Assembly (NCBI GenBank): GCA_965202585.1
Contig: OZ241828.1
Coordinates: forward strand, 54,622,001 to 54,686,000
DNA: 64,000 bases
From: Thalia democratica
Lineage: Eukaryota
Reading direction: 5' to 3'
Part shown: positions 12,528 through 24,926 of the stretch, piece after piece
How positions within the stretch are numbered: position 1 is the first letter of the stretch
How the letters are laid out: every line of letters starts with the position of its first letter
Made by a program: the position numbers and the translations under genes
The notes under the pieces: model-generated
What the model was told of the DNA's origin: nothing
The model's input: the letters and a program-made list of their open reading frames with translations, nothing else
The model's database searches: none

Positions 12528-14388
12528 ATGAATGTCTACTTACTACTATTCAGTATAGTACTGCTTTTTAAAGGTAATTTTGTAGTATAAGTTTTAAAAC
12601 TTAAAAGTCAATAAAAGTTTATCAAATTTATAATTAATTTAGACTTATACACAGTGTTAAGTTTAAAATTATTTGTAGGCTATGTTCTTCATGAGGCTTA
12701 TTTATATTTAGAAATAGTTTTAAAAAAGTTATAAGAATTTAAAGTCTAAGAAAACTGGTGTTTTGTTTTTTAAGTATAATGATACACTTCATTCTTTTTT
12801 AAACAAATATCAACTAAAAACTTGTTTATTATTTTCTGTTGAACTTAAAAAACTAAGCAAAAAAATGGAAAACCTGGAAAAACTCGAGTGATAGAAACTC
12901 TGTATAAACTACAAAAATGTTATAAAAATTTCTTAATAAAATAGATACGCTGATTTAGCACCATACATTTTGGCAAGAAATAGTGTTACAACTTTTTTTA
13001 GGTAGAAATCGGGGTCGGCAGATTTTTATGCGTAAATGGACAATTAATTAGACTAATTTTGCCTTATAAAAAATATTTAACATCCAAGTTAAAATAAAAT
13101 ACTTGTGGTATTACTACTATATTTATTCACAATTGAAAAAGGTAAAATGCATATATTAATTATAAAACTGTTTTAATTTAAGTTATTTTTTACAAGTAGC
13201 GATCAAAGTATTTATTTACTTACCAATTTCTAAACTCATTTAGAATAAAAGCTTTCTTTCAATTAGATATTTCTTTTTAATATTTTTAATTTTCTTGTAT
13301 TTTATATTTTTAAGGTATCTAAAAATAATGTTTTTGGTTTAACTATGGTTTAAACGTCAGTGTATTGAGTTTTTATTTTTGTTTACTTAAATTTTTAACT
13401 TTTACTTGTAAACAAAAAAAAATAAGTTTGAGAATTGTATCATAACTATAAAAGCAAAAACCGTGATTTATACAATAATGTTTTTATAGTTTTCCAGTCT
13501 AGTTGCAGATATAAACGTTCAAAAATTTTCGCCGTTAGAAGTCTAAATTCACTACTTATTTATGTCTTATTGCTAAAACAATACAATGTAAGTTTATTCA
13601 ACAATTTTTCACTAAACTTACAATCACCTGAAGAGAGGTCATCAGTGACATTGTAAGCTTAGTGACAAACTGCTAAACAAACCTATATTAATTTGGCTCT
13701 CAAACTTTTACAAAGTACATTGAGCAGTTTAACTTTTTATAAAACAAACTTTATAAATGTTACAGCGTCGGAATGCCAAAATCTAGCGGGCGGCTGGAGT
13801 GAATTGAAATTCGCAACTAAGGAAGTTCAAGAAGTCGCTGACGAGGTAAAACAACAATTATTTTGTTTCCTGATTGAGTTAAGGTTTTATTTTAACAACA
13901 GTTTTACTGAAATTATAAAGTTGCAACAAGTTTCCAATCAGTTAAAAATTTAATTTGTAAAGTTAGTAAGTGAATTCATATACAACTTATACATCTTAGG
14001 TCAAATACATAGTTAAAAGAAGGTACAAGGGTTCCATGTTAATATACGAAGCAGTCCAATACAAATATCAAATTGTTGCTGGAGTCAATTACATGATAGT
14101 GGTTATTATTTTATAAAAAATATCTAATTTAATTACTTTTATAAAATTTAAGACTTTTTTAGTAAAACTATGTTTGTAAAGAAATTTTAAACTTAACATA
14201 AAATTAGTTATAGCCTAATTAACACAAAACTTTGTGTTTGAAAATATTTCATTTTATTGCAGATAAAGATAAGTGTTGGCTACTATATTAGAATAAAAGT
14301 TTTCAAACCACTAATGGGCGGAAAAGCGGTATTCAGAGGTTTTCTTGGACCACTTTCACGACTCTCAACATATAAAGGTGTTCAATAA
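12528..14388 (+). CDS. Secreted stefin-like cystatin (cysteine protease inhibitor), 117 aa; exons 12528-12573, 13766-13845, 14000-14101, 14263-14388
   Basis: Phase-consistent splice join gives MNVYLLLFSIVLLFKASECQNLAGGWSELKFATKEVQEVADE-VKYIVKRRYKGSMLIYEAVQYKYQIVAGVNYMIV-IKISVGYYIRIKVFKPLMGGKAVFRGFLGPLSRLSTYKGVQ*; signal peptide, N-terminal GG, QIVAG (QxVxG) motif, and intron positions matching stefin genes. Confidence 0.88.
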
Positions 14389-14833
14389 TATAACATTAAG
14401 TTATTAAATATATTGTTTATTATTTAACATTATGCTTAAATTATGCTAATATGTAACTAACTAATAAAGCTTGATTTAATAGTTAAGAAAACATTACATT
14501 ATATACCGCAAAAAAAAAACAAAAAGTAAAGTAACGAAGACTTAAAAGATAAATTTGATAAAACACTTAAAAACAATACAACTTTAAACGTGAGTAGTTA
14601 GTTAACATTCAATTTTTAAGATTTAAGCATTTTATTGACTATAGTGTTTCTACCATTCTTTTGTTTTAGTTATTTTATAATTTTTATCTAATTTTTTAAG
14701 TTTCAAATACAAGTTTAGTTGCTTTTTTTTAAATTATACTTCGTTGGATTTTATTTATTTATACGCCTTCCTTAGTAGATTTAAAATGTTTTGTAGTTCA
14801 ACAAAAGTATTAAATTACGTACTTCGACCAAAA

Positions 14834-16499
14834 ATGATAATTGTCAAATATTTAATTACCTTATACATAATAAACGTATAAGGTAAGAAAAACTATTATA
14901 TGTAGAATAGTAGCAATTATGCACTAATAAAATACCTAAAATAATTTCTTATCATCTAGTAAAATTATTATTAAATTAAACAAAACTTAGTTTGATGTTA
15001 ATTAACAAAAAGGTATGAGACTATTTTTAAAGAAGAACTTTTTAGGTATTGTTTTATATTTAAAAATTAAAAAAAAATCAAGAATTTTTTTAATAATTAT
15101 TGTTAAAATAAATTCAAGTTTTTTTAAGAAAAAGAAAACAAGTCTAACATAGATGGATAAGATATCTTGTACAAAAATGACGACAAAAGTTTAGATGTAA
15201 CAAATATATTAAAAAATTTTTTTTTGTTAATGAACACAGTTTTTAGCAAAACATATATTACTAATAAAATAAAAAAATTTGTTAGTAGCCTGACAAGGGG
15301 GTCGGTAGCTTTTTATAAATAATAGGAGTAATTTACAAGACAAAGGTTATCTCGTGACAGAAAAAATGTTGTGTTCATTAACCAAGTTATAATCAAATAT
15401 TTGTGATAAAACTACAAAACATTATTTACAACTAAAATATAAATTTGAAGTACACTTAGGTTATTAAAATGATTTAATTTCAGTTCTGTTGTACAAGTAG
15501 TTTTTTTTAACTTAAAATTTATTAACTCTTTCAGACTAAGAACTTTCTAAATTTAAGCTGTAAAGTTTAACTATTAAAACAGCACCTACGAGAACTCGAG
15601 CTACGACAACTGTGCCACCAAATATTTTTACAAGCAAACAAGAAAAAATGAATGACGAAATTCAAAAAATTGCTGAAGAGGTAAAAATAGGTTCTTGTTT
15701 AGTTTTTAAAACTACAAAATTATACTTTAACTTAACTAATTTTCAAAACATTAGTTGTCACTAACTTAGTAGCCAAAAAAAAACGAAACAAGTTAGACTA
15801 TCAAAAGAAGCATTTAAAAGTTCTCGACTTATTAAAACTAACAACGTTTTTTATGCTGTTCACACCACAAAAAACATTTTTAGTTTTAACAAATGAAGTT
15901 TTCATCAAATAGTTGTTGTTATTGTATTTAACAAAATTTTACTTATCTTTTAAATTCTCATAAACTTTTTTTAATTGCGAGAAATTTAATAGATTTTTTA
16001 TGATTAGTACTCTTTTTTAAGTAACTTCAAGGAAATTCAAATATATTAACAAATAAACATGTTTTACAAATTTCAATTTTTCCTCATTAGGTCAAATACT
16101 CAGTAATACAAAGGTTCCTTGAAATCAGAATAATAATCAAGGAATACGAAGTAGTTGCTTTCGATTTTAAACTAGTTGCTGGAGATGGAATTGCTTTTGC
16201 AATAAAGGTTGATATTGTTAATAATTTTAAATAAGTATATTTGTTTAGTTTGAAATTTTTTTAAGAAATACAATTGATTAAAGAATTTTAAACGTTTTCA
16301 GAAAACAAGTTATAAGTAAAATTAAATCAATTATAAAATATACTATTTTTCGATACAGATAAAGATAAATCAATACGAAGACAGTGATATTACTATTTTC
16401 GTTTTCAAGCCACTATCGGGCGAAAAAGCCGAACTGAAAGGAGTAGTCACACCTTTAGAACCGATTGAAGTACCCACACCTTATAAACGTATACTTTAA
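14834..16499 (+). CDS. Second, divergent stefin-like cystatin (possibly pseudogene or non-inhibitory); exons 14834-14882 (in-frame TAA), 15583-15680, 16091-16207, 16359-16499
   Basis: Same exon phases as the upstream copy; exon 3 starts VKY and has KLVAG in place of QIVAG; exon 4 starts IKI and shares VFKPL.G.KA; putative signal exon MIIVKYLITLYIINV*G|gtaaga carries a stop at 14879-14881. Confidence 0.72.
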
Positions 16500-17639
16500 A
16501 ATGGAAAAAAAATATATTTTGAGTTAAACATAAACGTTTAATAATTTTTTCATATTTTTAATACCAAATTACAACTAACTTCATTCTTATTTGTTTTAAT
16601 TTTATTTTAGTAAATAAACGGCTGTTTGTTTGATTTGACTGAAACTTTGACGTAACAATATTTTCTTTAAATGTTTGTGTTTAAAAATCTTACAGAAACT
16701 TTCAAGACTAATTTTCCAACTTACTGTTAATAAACAGAGCAAACTAATCAACTAAAATTTTACAGGAGTTTATATATATTAATAATTAATTCAGTTAAAA
16801 TTAAACTAATTAGTATTTTGTGCTATTAAAAGTTTGATTTACTTTTTATTTCTATATTCTGAAAACTAATTTAAATTTAGTCTTTTTAGAATTTTGTTTA
16901 AATTTAAAGTATTCGTTGTTACAAGACCATTGTTGCAAAGTCTTATAAACTTTCGCATAGAACATTAACAAATTAAACTAATATTTTAACTTAATATTTT
17001 GAATTACAAACAGGTAAATGTTATATTTATATATAATTCAATAGGTTATAGATTCTAAAAATTAGTATCTACGAACTTTGTTCGAATAAGAACCAAGTGT
17101 TGTTAATAATTGTTGATAAAATCAAGAAGTAAATTCAAAAAATAAATTTAATTTTTACAAAATGCTTCAGAAATTGATGGTAGTTAATTCTATTACTGTT
17201 TATCCAGCTTTAACAGATATAAATTTTAGTTAGTAATTTTTTTTTCGAGAAATTAAAAATATTTTTAATGAAATTTTATAATTTGATACGTATTTGATGC
17301 AAGTTTACAAAATACTCATAATAAGTGACACAGATCCAACAGAAAATACAATTTCAAAACAAACTAGATAGTCTAATGTTATCTTTAATTTGTGATTATT
17401 TGCTCTTTTCAGTTTTATGAATCAAACAATAAAACAACTTTTTGAAAATATAGAACAGTGATTTTTTAGCTGTACACCCATGCACTGCACATTACACACA
17501 ATTGTGTACGATGTTTTTGGATTGCACAAAACTTATGAAGGGGTGCAAAACAATTAAGTTTGAAACTTAAACTAGACATTCTGGAATTTATGTACTATTT
17601 CTTTTAGGTGTGTTGTTTTAATTTCTGAGTAGAAAAAAA

Positions 17640-17705
17640 CACTTTTTACACAGCGTTTTTCGGTAATAAAGTGCGTACCCAACGGGCAGCTCGTACCTAA
17701 GAAAC
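17640..17705 (-). mobile_element. Fragment of the Tc1/pogo-like MITE seen at 48848-49874
   Basis: Reverse complement matches taggtacg..ctgcc.g..gggtacgcac...aaaacgctgtgt motifs. Confidence 0.45.
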
Positions 17706-17799
17706 GGGTACTTAAGCGAGAGGTTGTTGTACTTGTTTTTTTTCTAGCTGTATTCATTTATTAATATAAATGTAATAATAAATACATTTTTTTATGAAC

Positions 17800-17940
17800 A
17801 AAAAAAAAAGCGCTCAAAAAGTTTGGTCTAAGGACCTGATATACGATGGAAATTTTCGGCTATCTAGTAAACATATGAACAAATTAAATTTTTATTTTGT
17901 ACGAAACAATACTAAGCATAAGGCTTGCTAAGTTTTAACT
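17800..17940 (+). repeat. Dispersed repeat copy (family of 2685-2850)
   Basis: aaaaaaaagcgctcaaaaagtttggtctaaggacctg matches 39517-39550. Confidence 0.6.
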
Positions 17941-18302
17941 TAAAAGTTTTTCAACTAACAGTTTAAATGTTAGATATTACATACAGTTTTAGGTTTTGTT
18001 GTCTAACAATTATACGCTATTACACACAGTAATTAATATTACTTTCATGATTCAAATTATAACTAAATTCCACATTTAAGCACACGAACATTATTCCAAA
18101 AATATTTTTTACAAGTATCTTTATCTATTCAGATCTTTATCGCTTAAAAAAAACCAATAACCACAAATATTCACAAAGAATAATTTTTTTTTTGAATTTA
18201 AAACGTGCAAAAATTTCAAAAAGGTTACTGTCCAATTGTTTGATTTATTATTTTTTTATCGCCAAATAGGCTGCCAGTTCCACTTTAATCAGTTTGTTTC
18301 GT

Positions 18303-18708
18303 TCACCCGCTTTCGCCCTTTGCTCTGATCCTTTTAATGACTTGCAGTTCTTGTTCGGCATCTGATAAAAGAAAACAAATCAAAAGTTTTATCTGTACTT
18401 TTACAACTCAAGTTTTAAACGTTGGCAAGCTTTACAGTGAAGTGTTCAATTTTTAGATCGTTGAAAAAAACGTTTTGTTAGAACACAGCTTGTATAAACT
18501 ATCAAACTGTCTAATAAAAATAATATCATTGTTACGTAATATAAGAGACACCAACCCTTTTCAAAATTTTCCTTATCTTTATTTTATTTGTAATCCCCGA
18601 TTCCGACACTTGCAACACATTAAAAATACCAACCAATGATAATTGACCATTTGGAAACTCACTTGGCTTTATTTCAATTTGCAGTCCATCTTCTTTAAGT
18701 GTTTTATT
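18303..18708 (-). other. Candidate last two exons of an unidentified gene (18708-18663, 18361-18303)
   Basis: Good acceptor (ttttcttttatcag), gtgagt donor, phase-consistent join NKTLKEDGLQIEIKP-N-AEQELQVIKRIRAKGESG*, locally raised GC; no start exon or family found. Confidence 0.3.
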
Positions 18709-20939
18709 CTTTGTATAAAAATATAAATTTTAATATTTTTTTTGAAATTGTTTGTTTTTGTATGAAATTTTTTTGTTTATTATATTTGTTATTTTTTAGA
18801 TTCAAAGTGATGAATGTCCTGAACAATGTGTTTAGTTGTCTATGTAAATAAAATACTTTTAATAATTTTAACAAAACTAAACTATTTTTTGATATCAACT
18901 AAGTCTCCTTCATCTTTAACAAGTTTCAAATTTTAAAAATACATTTCGCAAAAAAGCCTAAAGTCAAATTTAAAAATGCACAAAATATGAACTAAGTTTT
19001 ATCACATTGAAAAACTTTTTTTTCTCAAACCATATCTGCGATGCTTTACTTTTTTAACTATCAGAACCAAAATTTACTTTAAAACAAATGGAAATCATTA
19101 CATTGATATAGTGTTAATGTGAAATGTTTTTATCGTCTTTGATTTTGGTAGAGTCTTATTTTTTTTATTTTTGAAGTTGAAATTTATTAAGTTAATAGAA
19201 AAGTTTTCTTTTCTGATTTACTTATATCTTAATAACAACTAATACTCTATAAAAAACTCATTTACAAAACTTGACTAATTAATAAAAAATTATTGCATAA
19301 AACAGGCACTAATCTAAATTTTTAAGCGGATTATTTTATGTTTAAACAAACGGTTAGAGTAAATAAAATAAATTCAATGAAAATTTAACTGTATTAAGAT
19401 GTTAAAGTCTAGCATATTTCTTGTTTTATCAACACCTCACATCATGTTAGTTCTATTTCGCAGTAATTTAGAGCCAACTTGTTTAGTCTTACTCGAAATT
19501 ACACACTCATTTCAATACTATAAAAGTTGTTTTAGTATTTTGTTCTAAAACTGAGATATATCTTTTTGTAACAACGTTCGAATAATTACTTAGGCTCAAT
19601 AACAACTTTAAAGCAACTATTTAGAGAAAAACGTAATTTAAAATTACAGAAAATTTTCAAATTGTTAACTATACGATATAAAAATTAAAGATTTTCAAGA
19701 CCGTACTTTAAAATAGTCGGTCTTTTTGTTAACAATTTCAATTTCATGACTTTATAAAGTTTAGTTGAAAAGCTTATGGTATTTTCAATCATGATACATT
19801 CAATCATAAGTTAAAAAAAGTAAAATAACTCGTGAACTGTTATCCAATTTTCTTTTACTCTATAAAAATTTGCTTTGGTCTAACGATATTACCAATTTAT
19901 TTTTCATGATATTAAGAGACTTAGTTTCTAAAAATACACAAAATCGATCATAATTTTATTATATTAAGTTGATTAGTTTTTCAAATTTAAAAATACATCT
20001 TATTGGTTTTACTTCACTAAAAAATATTTAATTAAAAACAGAATTCTCAAAGCTTAATATTTATCGTATGTATGATATTTAAAAAGCAGTACAAAACCAA
20101 AAACTATATTTAATTTATAAATAATAAATTCATGTACAGTTTGTTAAAAATATACTGTAGTTTTTTTCAATAACAAGTCAAACTTAACTCCGATGCATAC
20201 AATACATAAGTGATGTTACACAGAAAATTTAGATTAGTTAATTTGCTTCGTCTTTTTCTTTTAAAAATACTAACTATATTATAAACTAGTTATTAACAGT
20301 TTATTAATAAATTACGGCACTTAAAACTTAGTTTAACTATTTTTTGATATTCTAATCATATTTATACATGATCTAACTACAATCGCTGTGTTACAGAAGT
20401 TATACCTATATAAAATTGACTTGAAAATTACTAATTCAGTTTTTAATCTACTTAGAGTAGTATGCTTTTAAATTATTTAAATTTTATAAAAGTTTTATAT
20501 GCTTTCAATGTTTAAATTTCAGCATTTTCTTAAGAAACGTGTCGACGGTATAACATACTTTTCATGAGAAAGTTATTTCTATAATTAGTATATCAATTGT
20601 ATTAGACTATCAAGAAATATGTCATTTGCGATGTGAATATTTTAGGCAGTTTTTATTAAATCTTATAAATTAATTATTAATACGTAAATAAATCAATGTT
20701 GTTATTATAACAAATAGTATTTAGTTTTTGTTTTTATTGCTTTTTCCAGCAAATAATTTATAAAAAACTAAACTTTATCTACAAAAAAATAGTAATGAAA
20801 AAAAAAAAAAATACATAAGTACATGCGTTGCTGTTACTATAGTGAAACTTGGCAGCCATTGATACAGCAGTAGGTGTAGTTAGCTGGGCTTCATGCAAAT
20901 TCAACAGACAAGACCAATAGCTTTCCTCGAATTATATTC

Positions 20940-21704
20940 TTAAGCCCTGTCAGTGATACTGATCTGTTTGGGCTCGATACACTTTCTAGATGAAAAAGCG
21001 TGGATTAGAACTATGAGTTTATTAGGATCTGGTAATTCCGTCTTACGATCTTCAATAAACTGAGGAGTGTTAAGGTTGTATTCCTCAGAGTAAACAGGTG
21101 ATGCTCCGTCGCGTTTTATTGTGAAAAAATAGAATGTAGGAGTTACACTTGTATCAAGCTGTTCTTTGGATTCAGCTGCTGCTAATTTAATGAATTCGGT
21201 TACAGCATCAACTATAGGTACTTGAAATTGTTGATTTAATAACGAACATTTTAATTTTGTTACAGCAAGCTTGTTGTCGTTTGAGTTGAACAAGTGTAGT
21301 TTTACGCAAAATTCCACACGAAAATCTAGTATAGTGTTTTGGGGACTAGGGTCAACAGTAAAAATGTCAAGGAGCATGACTAATCTGTTATCCCGTATAC
21401 AATGTTCTCTATTTCGCTGGGCAAAGCTACATACTGATTCATTCCAGTCACCTCTGCCAAGTTGCAAAACCGAAAGGTGTTTGAAGTCTATCAATTGAGG
21501 TATACAAGAAACAGGCCCAGATATATGTAGGTTTTCTTGAGCACATTTCTGTAAAAAGAATTGAATAGAATGTTGTGTTTCTGATGCATTGAAAACTAAC
21601 ATTGATTCAAGATTTGTTTGATTGTTTATAAGACTTTGAACAAAAGTTTGACCAGCAGAAAAGTTCTGGCGAAAAACATGAAGTTCTATTCCAATGACAC
21701 TCAT
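20940..21704 (-). CDS. Orphan protein, 254 aa (paralogue of 7867-8625)
   Basis: ATG-initiated intronless ORF; full-length collinear similarity to the 252-aa ORF, about 40% identity by eye. Confidence 0.85.
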   Translation of the reverse strand: MSVIGIELHVFRQNFSAGQTFVQSLINNQTNLESMLVFNASETQHSIQFFLQKCAQENLHISGPVSCIPQLIDFKHLSVLQLGRGDWNESVCSFAQRNREHCIRDNRLVMLLDIFTVDPSPQNTILDFRVEFCVKLHLFNSNDNKLAVTKLKCSLLNQQFQVPIVDAVTEFIKLAAAESKEQLDTSVTPTFYFFTIKRDGASPVYSEEYNLNTPQFIEDRKTELPDPNKLIVLIHAFSSRKCIEPKQISITDRA

Positions 21705-22652
21705 GGTATAAAACTAATCAAAAACCTAAAGTTTTAACAATGCTATAATTTGCTAACTTGTAAAACCTAGAATTATGACTGTATCTAAAAATAAACTTAA
21801 TAAAGAAGTAGCTGAAGTATAGCTAAATAGAAAAGTATAAGTAAAAACAAGTTTATTTTTAGTGTGTTAAATCTAAAAAGGAGCTTTTTACAATAAGAAT
21901 ATTAAAAGTTTTCTATAGTGATTAATTTTAAAGGCTTAGTCTTAAATAGAACTCTAATGCAATTCTGGACTTATAGCACTTAAGTTTAAAGAAATAAATT
22001 TATATTTGTTAACGAGATAAGTTTACCAAGTGCAGCTAATAAAAGTGATTAAAGTTTGCTGTTTGCAATATATCAAGTTTAAAATGGTGTTTTCAATTGT
22101 AAGGTTTTCTTAAACATACTTTAGCTCGTGTAGTTTGAATAACGTATATAAGTGTTTATATTTTACAATCATAAACAAATTTAAAATTATTTTATTTTTA
22201 TTTTACAAAAATGTTGCTTTTAATAGTTGTTTTGATGGAAAGTTAGTTGAATTCTACTCAGTAAACATGCTATTAAAATTATACATCAAGTTTTCTAAAT
22301 ACAATTATTTTAAATTTTACTACTAATTTAAAATCTAATAAAGTTCTCAAAAAGTGTATGTTTGTTTTTGAATTTTAAAAACATTATTTTAGCTAAGTAA
22401 CGTTCAACTATCTAGTTTAACAAATGATTTTAATTATTCAATTTCTTACTCGCAAACCTAAAAACTAGTTTTACTATAGACTTAAAAATTTCTTATTAAA
22501 TATTTTAACTTCATGATTTTTTAAAGTAGACTTGATACTTTAACTAAATTACTCATAGTTGTTTACTATATATGTTATTATTTATTTTAATGATTATACA
22601 GAATGTTTTTAGAAAATCAGAACAGTACATAAAATTTTAAAGATCGAATTTT

Positions 22653-23251
22653 GTTAAAATGCAAGAAAAGCAGTTTTGTCAAATTGCACGAAGAAAAAAG
22701 TGCACGAGGTTACTAAATTGCACGAGGGGACTAAATTGCACGACGGAACTAACTTTGACTAAGACGATTTTGCACCAAGGGTCAATAGCACGAAAGCAAA
22801 ATATATAGAAAAAAAATTAAAACAAAAAAAAAAACAGAAAAATAAACTGAAAAATAGTTTAATAAAAACAAAAAGTTACTGACCGATGGTAAGGGTTAGG
22901 GGTAACAAAGATAGTAAAAATAATAACAAAAATAACTAATAAAAGTTATAGTAAAAAATAAAAGAAAAAAAAATTAAAAAAAAAACGACTGAGGGTAAGG
23001 GTTAGGGGAAACAGTAATAGAAAAAAAAAATTAGAAAAACAAAATATTAAAAAACTATGAAAAAAAACTAGCCGTGCAAAATTGTCTGCTCGTGCAAAAT
23101 TATCTTCGTGCAAAGGTGACCCTTAGTGCAAAAGTATCTTGGTAGAATTTTATTCCCTTGTGCAAAAGTATATTCGTGAAATTTTGTGCACTCGTGCAAT
23201 TTTGTCCCCTCGTGTAATTTTGTACTCCTGTGCAATTTAGACAGCTACCCC
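22653..23251 (+). mobile_element. TGCACG-array foldback MITE with telomere-like core
   Basis: aaattgcacga arrays at left, cgtgcaaaa arrays at right, two internal gggtaagggttagggg units. Confidence 0.8.
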
Positions 23252-23514
23252 TTATTTAGAAATTTTAGTTTGATTTAAAGAAAAAATACGGACTATAACA
23301 AGATAAATTACCTTCAAGGGGTAAGTTTGCCAAAGGTTAAGAATTGCTGTTTTAAAATATTTTAATTAAGTAAAACTGTCAACATACCAATTAAAAAATT
23401 GTCAATTTCCTTTAGATTAAAGCAAATATTTTAACGCACAGAAGGGATATTGAATCTTTAAAAGTTTACGATATATTAATTATTTTTAATAAAATTCTGT
23501 ATCACCATCTAAAA

Positions 23515-23669
23515 CAGGGGTCGGCAAACTGCGGCCCGCAGGCCAACTGTGGCCCTCGAAGTGTAAATCTGCGACCCGCGAGCATGTTTTTTATTTAAAT
23601 GGAATGTGGCCCGCGAAAAAAAAACTGCGACCGGTGAGCATGTAAATGTGGCCCGCTAAACAAAACTAT
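23515..23669 (+). mobile_element. Truncated left end of hAT MITE (copy made by the tandem duplication)
   Basis: caggggtcggcaaactgcggcccgcaggcc preceded by atctaaaa as at 24927; no right end. Confidence 0.8.
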
Positions 23670-23960
23670 GGGTGCACAATATTAGCAAAACTATTATTTT
23701 AGCTAAGTAACGTTCAACTATCTAGTTTAACAAATGATTTTAATTTTTAATTTCTAACTCGCAATGCTTAAAAACTAGTTTTACTATAAACTTAAAAATT
23801 TCTTGATAACTATTTCAATTTCATGACTTTTTAAAGTAGACATATCTTTAACTGAGTTACTGATATTTGTTTAATATATATGTTATTATTTATTTTAATG
23901 ATCCTACAGAATGTTTTTAGAAAATCATAATAGTTCATAAATTTTTAAAGATCGAATTTT

Positions 23961-24650
23961 GTTAAATTGCACGAAAAGCAATTTTGTCAAATTGCACGAA
24001 GAAAAAAATGCACGAGGTTACTAAATTGCATGGACTAAATTGCACGGGAACAAAATTGCACGAGTGCACAAAATTGCACGAAGCCAAATTTGCACGAGGG
24101 CACAAAATTTCACGACGAAACTGACTTGCACGAAGACGATTTTGCACCAAGGGTCAATTTTGCACGAGTTAAATTTTTGCACGAGAGAAAAAATATATAA
24201 AAAAAAAATTAAAACAAAAAATGAAACAGAAAAATAAACTAAAAAATAACTTAATAAAAAAAAAAGTTACTGATCGAGGGTAAGGGTTAGGGGTAACGAA
24301 GATAGTAGAAATAAAAACGAAAAACAACTAATAAAAATTAAACTAAAACATAAAGGAAAAAAAAAAAAACGACCGAGGGTAAGGGTTAGGGGTAACAGTA
24401 ATAATAAAAATATATAAAAATAAAATAGAAAATTTTTTTTATAAAGTTTATGAAAAAGTTAAAAAAAAAATTAGCCGTGCAAAATTGTCTGCTCGTGCAA
24501 AATTATCTTCGTGTAAAGGTGACCCTTAGTGAAAAAGTATCTTTGTGCAATTTTATACCCTCGTGCAAAAGTATCTTCGTGAAATTTTGTGCACTCGTGC
24601 AATTTTGTCCCCTCGTGTAATTTTGTATTTTCGTGCAATTTATACAGCTA
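23961..24650 (+). mobile_element. TGCACG-array foldback MITE with telomere-like core
   Basis: Duplicate of 22653-23251 with a longer left array. Confidence 0.8.
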
Positions 24651-24926
24651 ATTTATGAATTAGTTTGATTTAGAGAAAAATTATGGACTATAACAAGATA
24701 AATTACCTTCAAGGGGTAAGTTTGCCAAAGGTTAAGAATTGTTGATTTAAAATATTTTAATTAAGTAAAACTGTCAACATTCCAATTAAAAAATTGTAAA
24801 TTTCCTTTAGATTAAAGCAAATATTTTAACGCACAGAATGGATATTGAATCTTTAAAAGGTTACGATATATTAATTTTTTTAAATAAAATTCATGTAAAT
24901 AAAAATAAATGTATCACCATCTAAAA

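Noticed and set aside
13435-13656. ORF and exon-like pieces as the first exon of cystatin 1
   Set aside because: No suitable ATG and the phases do not fit; 12528-12573 gives a clean signal peptide in phase 1.
22880-23010. TTAGGG motifs as a true telomere or interstitial telomeric array
   Set aside because: Only single TTAGGG units embedded in MITE cores, not tandem arrays.
23961-24200. CRISPR-like look of the aaattgcacga arrays (also the ccggatccgg arrays)
   Set aside because: Units are 15-20 bp with no unique spacers, sit inverted at element ends, and there are no cas genes in a eukaryotic context.
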